Shown in pieces: positions 45,791-54,114 of a stretch of 64,000 nt of DNA. Source of the DNA: Pseudomonadales bacterium (GTDB lineage: Bacteria > Pseudomonadota > Gammaproteobacteria > Pseudomonadales > JAHRWD01); the NCBI GenBank assembly GCA_019090315.1, contig JAHRWD010000087.1, positions 35,925-99,924 of the forward strand. Direction: 5' to 3'. A program made the position numbers and the translations under genes. Below the pieces are notes generated by a model that made no database searches, was not told where the DNA came from, and saw only the letters and a list, made by a program, of their open reading frames with translations. Numbering within the stretch: the first letter of the stretch is position 1; every line of letters begins with the position of its first letter.

Positions 45791-46186
45791 ATGCCTGATA
45801 TCATGAAAATAGACCAGCCAAAAAATCCAGAGTTTATAAAGAATATCATGGATCCCTATTTTCTAGTCTCACAAAAAAACCAGATTTCATTCCTCAAAAT
45901 AATTGAAATTTGTGACAACGGATCTCTGCTAAAACAGCAGATAATATCCCTGCTAAACTATCGAATAAAGGAAGATGACCACAGGCTATTGGATCATGTA
46001 AGAAGGATTGTAATTTATTCGGAGTATGAGGAGGAGCATGCAAATGTATACGATGCGGTATATGAACTATTTTCTGTATTGGAAAACAAAGGAACTCACC
46101 TCAAAGTAAGTATGTTTCGTTTGGTGAAAACATACCTGACGAAAGAGCAGGAAGACCAGCTCAATCATATTGTAAAACTCATTTGA
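45791..46186 (+). CDS. Hypothetical helical protein (131 aa), no recognised family
   Basis: Its ATG directly abuts the GTPase TAG stop (45788-45793 reads tagatg). The gene is very AT-rich and I saw no motif. Confidence 0.5.
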   Translation: MPDIMKIDQPKNPEFIKNIMDPYFLVSQKNQISFLKIIEICDNGSLLKQQIISLLNYRIKEDDHRLLDHVRRIVIYSEYEEEHANVYDAVYELFSVLENKGTHLKVSMFRLVKTYLTKEQEDQLNHIVKLI

Positions 46187-46204
46187 TAGAATAGAACTTA
46201 CCCG

Positions 46205-46852
46205 ATGACAGAAAATCAAACTGCAACAAACAGCTACCTACAGGTAACCTCTGCTGGAGCATATCATTGCTCTAGCGGAGCCAGGCAAGACAGTGCTCAA
46301 AAGTTTATTGCTTTTCTTCTCTCGTGTAATAAAAGCCCCCAGCTATCTGACGATCTTCTTACAGAACATTTACATGAAGATCTCTCGACTGCAAACACTC
46401 TGATAAAACATATGTACAGCCTGGGGTGGCTTGAGCTTAAAGACACTCAATCTATTGCAACTATGGAATCACTCGAAGATCTGTTGCCCCAACTACTTCC
46501 TTCACTTTCTACAGAAGGCAAAGCGATGCTTTCAGATACCCAGGGATTTTATATCTCTAGCACCGGATTTCCCCATGAAACAGCCGAAGAGCTTGCGGCA
46601 CTGAGTGCAGACCTGAATTCCTTGCAAGAGCGCCATAAAAACCTTGTTTCAGGAAACCTTAGCTTGACCACAAACAACTGGTCGTTAGTTGATGCAGGAG
46701 GTTATAGTAGATTGGGTTTTTGGCCTATTCACATTAGTAACGAAATTTTTACCCTCATTATCAGTGGCCCACCGAAATTAGAACACCCGAATTTCCTGGC
46801 ACTTACATGGGCTCTTTTTGTTCGATACTCATCAACCATGTCGAGAAACTAA
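46205..46852 (+). CDS. Hypothetical protein, C-terminal half Roadblock/LC7-like (weak)
   Basis: 215 aa. GKAMLSDTQGFYISSTGFPHETAEELAALSADL resembles the in-window Roadblock segment EASAVISTDGLMIAAVLPQGVDEDRVGAMSAAM. The N-terminal part looks like a winged helix (LSTANTLIKHMYSLGWLEL). Confidence 0.45.
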   Translation: MTENQTATNSYLQVTSAGAYHCSSGARQDSAQKFIAFLLSCNKSPQLSDDLLTEHLHEDLSTANTLIKHMYSLGWLELKDTQSIATMESLEDLLPQLLPSLSTEGKAMLSDTQGFYISSTGFPHETAEELAALSADLNSLQERHKNLVSGNLSLTTNNWSLVDAGGYSRLGFWPIHISNEIFTLIISGPPKLEHPNFLALTWALFVRYSSTMSRN

Positions 46853-46899
46853 ACGTAATAAATTACTGCAATCAAAAAACGCAATCCCAGGAGATTACT

Positions 46900-47262
46900 A
46901 TGCGAGACGATATACTTTCATCTGTACTTTCAGAACTAAATGGTACCTCTGCAGATATTGAAGCATCTGCTGTTATCTCTACCGACGGACTCATGATCGC
47001 GGCTGTTCTTCCCCAGGGGGTTGATGAAGATCGCGTTGGCGCAATGAGCGCTGCCATGCTGTCATTAGGTGATAGAACCGCTGAGGAGTTAGGTAGAGGT
47101 ACGCTGGAGCAAGTGCTTATCAAAGGTGACAATGGGTATGTACTAATGACCCATGCCGGCGAAGATGCAGTGGTTACTGTGATGGCCAAGCCAAAGGCAA
47201 AACTCGGACTAATATTCCTGGACGTAAAGCGTGCAACCCAGAGTATTACCGAGCTTCTTTAA
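46900..47262 (+). CDS. Roadblock/LC7 (MglB/CvnB-like) domain protein
   Basis: AGGAG RBS at 46889-46893. The 120-aa sequence has the canonical Roadblock pattern (ASAVISTDGLMIAAV...AAMLSLGDRTAEELGRG.LEQVLIKGDNGYVLM...VVTVMAKPKAKLGLIFLDVKR). Confidence 0.8.
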   Translation: MRDDILSSVLSELNGTSADIEASAVISTDGLMIAAVLPQGVDEDRVGAMSAAMLSLGDRTAEELGRGTLEQVLIKGDNGYVLMTHAGEDAVVTVMAKPKAKLGLIFLDVKRATQSITELL

Positions 47263-47308
47263 ACTGGTTTTTTGGTACAACACATCCGCAGCAATAGAGG
47301 TACCCCCT

Positions 47309-47782
47309 ATGAACGATATGCAACCTGATCAAATAGTGGGTGAGTATGTTGAGCATACGTTAAATTTTTATGATGGATCTTCTCGAAAGATACTGGTTAC
47401 CGAAATTGAAACCGAATTTCCAAAAGGTTGCCTGATCGTTTCACGAACGGATACCAGTGGCGTCATTACCCACTGCAATGAATCCTTTGTAAAAATGTCC
47501 GGATACGCAAGGGAAGAACTAATAGACCAGCCCCACAGCATACTTCGCCACCCAGATATACCACCTGCAGCTTTTGCCGATCTGTGGAACACCCTGGAGA
47601 AGGGTGAAAAGTGGAATGGTTACGTCAAAAACCTTCGTAAGGATGGTGGCTACTACTGGGTATATGTGACTGCCATACCCAATATCCGAAATAGCGTAAC
47701 CCAGGGATATACATCTGTGCGTAGAGAACCATCCAGGAAAAAGGTGGAAGAGTGCATCAAGCTATACCCAACTATGTTTTAG
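47309..47782 (+). CDS. Stand-alone PAS domain protein (Aer-type PAS_3)
   Basis: SRTDTSGVITHCNESFVKMSGYAREELIDQPHSILRHPDIPPAAFADLWNTLEKGEKWNGYVKNLRKDGGYYWV matches the PAS fold found in Aer-like receptors. No output domain is present. Confidence 0.8.
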   Translation: MNDMQPDQIVGEYVEHTLNFYDGSSRKILVTEIETEFPKGCLIVSRTDTSGVITHCNESFVKMSGYAREELIDQPHSILRHPDIPPAAFADLWNTLEKGEKWNGYVKNLRKDGGYYWVYVTAIPNIRNSVTQGYTSVRREPSRKKVEECIKLYPTMF

Positions 47783-47833
47783 CATTTTGAACGGTATACA
47801 TTCTGCCCCGCCTATAGTTATTTGGAGAAAACC

Positions 47834-48580
47834 ATGACCTATCAACTGGCTATCAGTCCAGATTTCAAACCTGAACTTATCTCTGACTGGTTCATCTTTA
47901 ACACCTGGTTTCAAAGACAATGGGGACAGGGTGTACATCTCGAGCTGCATCAAGGTTTTGATGAACAACATCAGGCCCTAAACGATAAGAAGATTGATAT
48001 TATCTATGCAAACCCTTACGACATGTCTCGGCTGGTAAGGGAAGAGGGATTTATAGCCATTGCCAAACCATTTCAAAAACCAGATGAAGCAGTCATCGCT
48101 AGCCATATTGATAGTGGTATTCAATCTCTGGATCAGCTAACTGCTCCCCTCACTATCGCTCAGGCCGATTCACCAGATGTGAACACCATTGGCATGATTA
48201 TGATCGAACCTGCCGATATTGATCCTGCTGATATTATCGTTAAGGGTGCGCCAAGCTATGTCAGCGTGGCAAAACAGTTGATCAACGGTGATGCTCAAAT
48301 CGGTTTTTTTCTGGCTGAGGCATTTAACGAGCTATCCCGTCTGGTAAAAAAACAACTGCAACCCGTTATCAGCAGTCAGATTCATATGATTCATCATGCG
48401 TTGTTATTGAGCCCTAATTGCAGCGAGCACATTAATACCGTTAGAGAGATACTTCTTTCAATGCACCAGGATGCAAGGGGCAATGAGATTCTGAAAGGGC
48501 TGGGAATCGAGTACTGGGAGCCGATGGAGCAGGAAGATGCAGAGTTTATGGTGGATCTTATGGATACGCTGATTACCTGA
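47834..48580 (+). CDS. PhnD/SsuA-type periplasmic-binding-protein fold without signal peptide
   Basis: GGAGA RBS 8 nt upstream of the ATG at 47834. The pattern IDIIYANPYDMSRLVREEGFIAIAKP... is typical of phosphonate-type substrate-binding proteins. The N-terminus MTYQLAISPDF has no hydrophobic leader. Confidence 0.6.
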   Translation: MTYQLAISPDFKPELISDWFIFNTWFQRQWGQGVHLELHQGFDEQHQALNDKKIDIIYANPYDMSRLVREEGFIAIAKPFQKPDEAVIASHIDSGIQSLDQLTAPLTIAQADSPDVNTIGMIMIEPADIDPADIIVKGAPSYVSVAKQLINGDAQIGFFLAEAFNELSRLVKKQLQPVISSQIHMIHHALLLSPNCSEHINTVREILLSMHQDARGNEILKGLGIEYWEPMEQEDAEFMVDLMDTLIT

Positions 48581-48636
48581 AAATACCCGCGGTTTGCCCA
48601 GGTCCAGGATATCCTTTTAATTGAACAAGCTGAGTG

Positions 48637-51600
48637 CTAGATCGCTTTCCCTTCATGCGAATCACCCATAGCCGCATTAGCGACGAGTCGTTGGATAAAT
48701 TGATCTACAGGTGCCGGCTTTGAAAAATAGTAGCCCTGATACTCGGTACAACCCTTTTCCATCAGGAAATTAAGCTGTTCTTCTGTTTCAACTCCCTCGG
48801 CGATAACGCCAAATTGCAGGTGGTTTGCCATGCTGATAATGGTTTCAACAATAACCGCATCATTTGGATCTGTGGCAATATCTCGCACGAACACCCGATC
48901 AATTTTTAGCTGATCCAGCGGTAACCGTTTCAGATAACTCAGTGACGAATAACCTGTACCGAAGTCATCAATTGAAAACCCAATACCCAGTTCTTTTAGT
49001 TGTGTCATTTTCTCAATAGTTTCATCAATTTGATCAACCGCTACACCCTCAGTAAGCTCAAGCATTAATGATTGAGGATCTGCCCCAGTGTCACTCAATG
49101 CTCGTTTGATCATTTCAATAAACCCAGCGTGATTAAATTGATGAGAACTGACGTTAACACTGAGATGAGGGAGAGATAAACCTGCATCCTGCCATTGCCT
49201 AAGATAACCACAGGCCTTTTTGATAACCCATTCGCCAATCTCTACAATCTGACCTCCCTGTTCGGCGATTGGAATAAACTTCATCGGAGAAATCTGACCC
49301 AATGATGGATGCTGCCAGCGAATCAATGCTTCAGCGCCAGTAATTGTGCCATCACGATGATTCTGACACTGGAAATAGAGTTCAAATTCGTCATCTTCTA
49401 TGGCTCTGTGCAGATCCATCTTCAGGTTTAGCCATTCATCCGCCTCTGCCTGCATTTGATGATTGTAGAAGCGTATGGTGTTTCTACCTTCATCTTTTGC
49501 CTGGTACATTGCGGTATCGGCATTGGTGATCAGTGTTTCAGGATTATCACCATCCACAGGGTAAAGCTTGATACCAATACTGGTAGTGATACGGCATTCA
49601 AACCCCTCCAGATCATATGCTTCATTGATGGTTCTCTGTATTTTTTCCGCTACTACAAGTGCCTGATTGGCTGCATCCTTTTCATTGTCTGCCTCGGAAG
49701 GCAGTAAAACCACAAACTCATCTCCTCCAAGTCGAGAGGCTATATCCACTTCGCGAATAACACTATTTAAGCGTTCAGCTACCTGTTTTAACAACAGATC
49801 CCCCAGGCTGTGCCCCAGTGAATCATTGATGTTTTTAAAGTGATCCAGATCGAGAAAAATCAAACCACCATGGCGATCATTTCTGCGCGCAACGGTCATC
49901 TCGTGTTCAACCGTCATCATCAGCATCCGACGGTTTGATAGATTTGTGAGAGGATCAAAGAAAGCAAGCTTGGCAATCTCCTCCTCATCCTGTTTTCGCT
50001 GGGTGATATCCGAAAAAATACTGACGGTATGGGTTACTTCACCCGCTTCATTTTTTACATTGGTAATTCTCGCATGAACCGGATAGGTTTCCCCCGACCT
50101 TCGACTGGTGGTGGTTTCTCCTTCCCAACGACCGTCACGCTCAAGCCTGTTACCAATACTGTCCCAGGACTCGGGGTTCTCCCCCGACAATTCAAACATA
50201 TCCGGATGCCGCCCAATCACATCAACCTCCTGGAATCCTGATATTTCACAAAATGCCTGGTTCACCTGGACAATCACCCCATCCGTATTGGTGATTAAAA
50301 TACCCTCATGGGTCTCAAAGGCGATAGCCGCGATGCGCATCTCCTCCTCTGCCTTTTTCCGCTCGGTAATATCAATACGTGTGCCGATGATCCGTGTGGG
50401 TACACCATCATCATCTCTCTGGACCACTTCACCGCGTGAACGAATCCACACCCAGCTACCGTTTTTATGCCTCAGGCGAAGCTCATGATCTCTGCCGGAA
50501 CCCAACTCCGAAACAAGCTGACTTTCTTCAAATTTTTCTGCGGCCTTATCATCGGGATGGGTGAGGAATCGCCAGATATCAATATCGTGTTCCGGAAGCT
50601 CTCCCTTTTCATAACCAAGAAACTCCTCCCAGGAAGGTATGGATATCATTTCACCAGATTCAATATCCCACTCCCATATCCCTTCGTTGGTAGCTCTAAG
50701 GGCTCGTTGAAAGCGCTCCTCATTTAATCTCGCCTGCTCTTCCGCTTCTTTTCGTTCAGTCACCTCGTTGGTGAGTGCTAATGTCCTTTCATTCACTATT
50801 TCTTCGATACGCATAGATCGAATAGCCATCTGCAAAACGAACAAAGTAACCAATCCACTCACTAACAACGAACCAAAAAATAGAAGTGCGATGGCACCGG
50901 AAGAGTGTGTAACAACAAAAGAATTTTGTGCCGTAACCTCCATTTTCATCGGAGTCGATGCAATCATAAAATCAAATTGCGTAGACAATTGATAAGGATA
51001 CGAGCTCAACTCTTCAATGTTTTCGTAGAATGGGACAACGTGCTTCAGGTCACCTTTATCGGCAAAAATTCGTACATTGATATCTTCATCGCCCACACCA
51101 TCAAATACTGCCATAGCAAGCGTATTAAAATTTATCACCGAGGCCAGGACACCAACAAACGCTTCTCTACGCGAATTGATGCTGTCGACAGTGCTGTTTT
51201 TTTGATAAAGCGGCAGGTAGATAACATAGTTTAGTCGGCTAGGTTTTGCCTGGATAAGCTGAAGTGGAGCAGTGATGGCTAAAGTACCTGTATCACGGGC
51301 TCGAATGATCGCCTCTTTGATGATCGAGTTTGAAAGAACATCGTAACCTATAACACGCTCATGACCCTTGATGGGTTCAAGATAAGCGATAGGGAGGTAC
51401 TCATCCCGGATACCAGCTGGCTTAAGGGCTCGGCCCTGACCAATTCGTTCGGTAATTTGAAATGGCGGAGGAAAATATTCTCGATTATCTTCTTCAAACC
51501 TCTTTCTATCTTCCTTACGTATCCGAGGAAGCCATTCCAATGCACGGTGGCGGTGCCCATCTGAAAGCAGGTTTTCCGTAAATATCCGAAACTGTTCTCT

Positions 51601-52365
51601 ACTCACAAAAGAGGAGGATTGGTAAAAGCTACCGAGTGTATAAAGAGTTTTCTCCTGTTTTTTTAGCTCCACTTTCAGCGCATAAGCTAATGAATCGGCC
51701 TGTCGCTGGAACTCGTTCTCAAGTCTCTCTTTTTCAAGCCCAATCGATTTATAAATCACACCCAAAATTACCAAAAAGCAGAGCAGTATAGGAATACCTA
51801 TCAAATACCTTTTCTCATACCATGCAGGACGTGATCGGCCGAGAATTAACATGGCCAAAGGGGTAAACACAAATATGCCGATCGTGTCACCCATCCACCA
51901 GCTCAGCCATCCGATTAAAAAATCACCACTATCCACGCTACCCACCACCCATTGAGCGGATAGATTGATCGTAGATGAAACCACTGAAGAGACCGGAATT
52001 CCAAATAGCACAAGGATAGCAACCGATCTGTCTGTTATAGGCCGATCAGGTGCCCACACATATCGTTGTACTAGCCATGCACCTACAACCGCCTGCAGCG
52101 TTGATCCAAGCCCATTCACGCTGGCAAGCAAGAGAGCAACATTTTCTGGCAATAGTGAAAAAACCGTTACAAATGCACCGATAAATACGCCAAAAATAGC
52201 GGGGCGACCCAGAACCAGAACGGTGGCAAGCGCGATACCGGCGGATGGCCATACCAGTCCGGCACCACTTGGAGAGATGACCAGCGACAAGCCGAGCTGA
52301 CCACTCAGATAGTAGGCCAGAGCCACACAAAATGTAATTAGAAAACTGCGGGGGTATCCCTTCAT
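48637..52365 (-). CDS. MASE1-CHASE-PAS(x2-3)-GGDEF-EAL signalling protein (1242 aa)
   Basis: The N-terminus is MASE1-like (GLVWPSAGIALATVLVLG). The periplasmic CHASE pattern is ALEWLPRIRKEDRKRFEE...DEYLPIAYLEPIKGHERVIGYDVLS...ARDTG. PAS segments follow. Also present are RLGGDEFVVLL and EALIRW...DDFGTGYSSLSYL. Confidence 0.9.
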   Translation of the reverse strand: MKGYPRSFLITFCVALAYYLSGQLGLSLVISPSGAGLVWPSAGIALATVLVLGRPAIFGVFIGAFVTVFSLLPENVALLLASVNGLGSTLQAVVGAWLVQRYVWAPDRPITDRSVAILVLFGIPVSSVVSSTINLSAQWVVGSVDSGDFLIGWLSWWMGDTIGIFVFTPLAMLILGRSRPAWYEKRYLIGIPILLCFLVILGVIYKSIGLEKERLENEFQRQADSLAYALKVELKKQEKTLYTLGSFYQSSSFVSREQFRIFTENLLSDGHRHRALEWLPRIRKEDRKRFEEDNREYFPPPFQITERIGQGRALKPAGIRDEYLPIAYLEPIKGHERVIGYDVLSNSIIKEAIIRARDTGTLAITAPLQLIQAKPSRLNYVIYLPLYQKNSTVDSINSRREAFVGVLASVINFNTLAMAVFDGVGDEDINVRIFADKGDLKHVVPFYENIEELSSYPYQLSTQFDFMIASTPMKMEVTAQNSFVVTHSSGAIALLFFGSLLVSGLVTLFVLQMAIRSMRIEEIVNERTLALTNEVTERKEAEEQARLNEERFQRALRATNEGIWEWDIESGEMISIPSWEEFLGYEKGELPEHDIDIWRFLTHPDDKAAEKFEESQLVSELGSGRDHELRLRHKNGSWVWIRSRGEVVQRDDDGVPTRIIGTRIDITERKKAEEEMRIAAIAFETHEGILITNTDGVIVQVNQAFCEISGFQEVDVIGRHPDMFELSGENPESWDSIGNRLERDGRWEGETTTSRRSGETYPVHARITNVKNEAGEVTHTVSIFSDITQRKQDEEEIAKLAFFDPLTNLSNRRMLMMTVEHEMTVARRNDRHGGLIFLDLDHFKNINDSLGHSLGDLLLKQVAERLNSVIREVDIASRLGGDEFVVLLPSEADNEKDAANQALVVAEKIQRTINEAYDLEGFECRITTSIGIKLYPVDGDNPETLITNADTAMYQAKDEGRNTIRFYNHQMQAEADEWLNLKMDLHRAIEDDEFELYFQCQNHRDGTITGAEALIRWQHPSLGQISPMKFIPIAEQGGQIVEIGEWVIKKACGYLRQWQDAGLSLPHLSVNVSSHQFNHAGFIEMIKRALSDTGADPQSLMLELTEGVAVDQIDETIEKMTQLKELGIGFSIDDFGTGYSSLSYLKRLPLDQLKIDRVFVRDIATDPNDAVIVETIISMANHLQFGVIAEGVETEEQLNFLMEKGCTEYQGYYFSKPAPVDQFIQRLVANAAMGDSHEGKAI

Positions 52366-52515
52366 ATTTTTTTGGTAACCCGGATTTTGAAAGCTGCTAC
52401 AAATTATAGTCTATCGCTATGAATTGATGCGTCATACAGAAAAGTCACTCATATGGCAGAACCTGACGACCCTATTTTCAGAATACTCCTCACAACGAAA
52501 TCAAAGGATATCAGG

Positions 52516-52737
52516 CTATGTGATAGCCTCATCAACCTGCACAAAACGTTTCATGCTCAAGCCGTCACGCTCAATGATCTCGTCAAACATCACCAACGGC
52601 CGCACCCACAATCCACCCTCGCCATACAATGCCCTGTACACCACATGCTCTTCCTGGGTTTCGCTGTGCCTTGCGATATCTAGCACTTCATATAGGTTGC
52701 CTTTAAAGTGCCTGTAAGTCCCTTTTCTTATTGCCAT
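52516..52737 (-). CDS. DUF1653 family protein
   Basis: 73 aa. GTYRHFKGNLYEVLDIARHSETQEEHVVYRALYGEGGLWVRPLVMF is the typical DUF1653 signature. Confidence 0.8.
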   Translation of the reverse strand: MAIRKGTYRHFKGNLYEVLDIARHSETQEEHVVYRALYGEGGLWVRPLVMFDEIIERDGLSMKRFVQVDEAIT

Positions 52738-52782
52738 CGCCTTTCATCTCTCCAACTCAACGAATCACCTGTTTCTTGAAAC

Positions 52783-52817
52783 AAAAAAGGGCTGGATAAC
52801 CTGATGTTATCCAGCCC
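52783..52817 (-). terminator. Rho-independent terminator of the aryl-polyene operon
   Basis: On the minus strand, a perfect stem gggctggataac / gttatccagccc with a 4-5 nt loop is followed by TTTTTT (plus-strand aaaaaa at 52783-52788). It lies 70 nt after the stop of the last KS gene. Confidence 0.85.
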
Positions 52818-52887
52818 TTCACACTGAGACCTCACACTATCGCTTTTAATGCTTAATCCGACAATTAACCCGAAGTCCAACAGATTC

Positions 52888-54114
52888 CTATGCCCAACGT
52901 TTAAAGATCAACGATGAGTTTATACCACCAAATGCAAAATTGTTGCTCATCACATATTCTGTTTCAATCACACGCCCTTCACCGGAAATATAATCCAGTT
53001 CACCACAATCCGGGTCTACATTTTCCAGATTGGCGGTTGCGTGAAACCAGTTGCTATTCATCATCTCTATCGCAGCCCAGCCTTCCAGTGCGCCACAGGC
53101 ACCAAGGGTATGGCCGGTAAAACTTTTGAATGCACTGATTGGCATGTTGCTTCCGAATACCGCAGCGGTTGCCTGGGTTTCAGCAATATCGCCGCGATCG
53201 GTTGCGGTGCCGTGTGCGCTCACATAGCCGATTGCATCAGGTGACAGATCTGCATCTTTTAGGGACAGACGTAGTGCGATCTCCATGGTTTCTGGTGATG
53301 GCTGGGTTACGTGACAACCATCCGAGTTGGTGCCAAAACCAACCACTTCAGCATGAATTTTTGCACCCCTCGCCTGCGCATGTTCCAGTTCTTCCAGAAT
53401 CAACGTTCCCGCCCCCTCCCCTATCACCAGGCCATCCCGATCTTTATCAAAGGGTCTTGGCGAAAGGTGAGGCGCATCATTTTTCACGCTAGTTGCATAC
53501 AAGGTATCAAAGACCGCCGCCTGTGAAGCACATAAGCCTTCACAGCCACCGCCGAGCATCACGGTTTGCTTGCCACTTTTGATCGCTTCATACGCATAAC
53601 CAATACCCAGACTTCCCGAGGTACAGGCGGTAGAGGTGGTGATAACTCGCCCGCGCAAACCAAAATAGACACCGATATTAACCGGCGCAGTATGGGACAT
53701 CATTTTGATATAGGAGTTGGCATTTAAACCATCTGTGGTGTGGCTTATCAGCATATTGCCAAAGTCAGAAATCGCTAGCGAGTCCCCAGCTGAGGATCCA
53801 TGCGAGACCCCGGCAAGGCCACTTTTCAGAATGTCATCGCCCAGCAAGCCAGCGTTTTCCAGCGCCATTTCTGCACTCAGTACCGCAAGCTTTGCCACGC
53901 GCCCCATACTACGCACCTGTTTGCGGCCAAAATGAGGGGGCATTTCAAAATCAGTTACCGGTGCGCCTAGTCTGGTGTTCAGGCCTTTGTAGACATCCCA
54001 GTCATCCATTCGCACAATGCCGGTTTTCATCGCCTTGAGGTTACTCTGTATGCTCTGCCAATCATTGCCGATTGGTGAGATACCCGCCATCCCTGTTACC
54101 ACTACACGTTTCAT
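52888..54114 (-). CDS. Beta-ketoacyl-ACP synthase (KAS I/II family; terminal KS of the APE cluster)
   Basis: Active-site Cys in STACTSGSLG. His motifs SAHGTATDRGD and TGHTLGACG. Confidence 0.9.
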   Translation of the reverse strand: MKRVVVTGMAGISPIGNDWQSIQSNLKAMKTGIVRMDDWDVYKGLNTRLGAPVTDFEMPPHFGRKQVRSMGRVAKLAVLSAEMALENAGLLGDDILKSGLAGVSHGSSAGDSLAISDFGNMLISHTTDGLNANSYIKMMSHTAPVNIGVYFGLRGRVITTSTACTSGSLGIGYAYEAIKSGKQTVMLGGGCEGLCASQAAVFDTLYATSVKNDAPHLSPRPFDKDRDGLVIGEGAGTLILEELEHAQARGAKIHAEVVGFGTNSDGCHVTQPSPETMEIALRLSLKDADLSPDAIGYVSAHGTATDRGDIAETQATAAVFGSNMPISAFKSFTGHTLGACGALEGWAAIEMMNSNWFHATANLENVDPDCGELDYISGEGRVIETEYVMSNNFAFGGINSSLIFKRWA

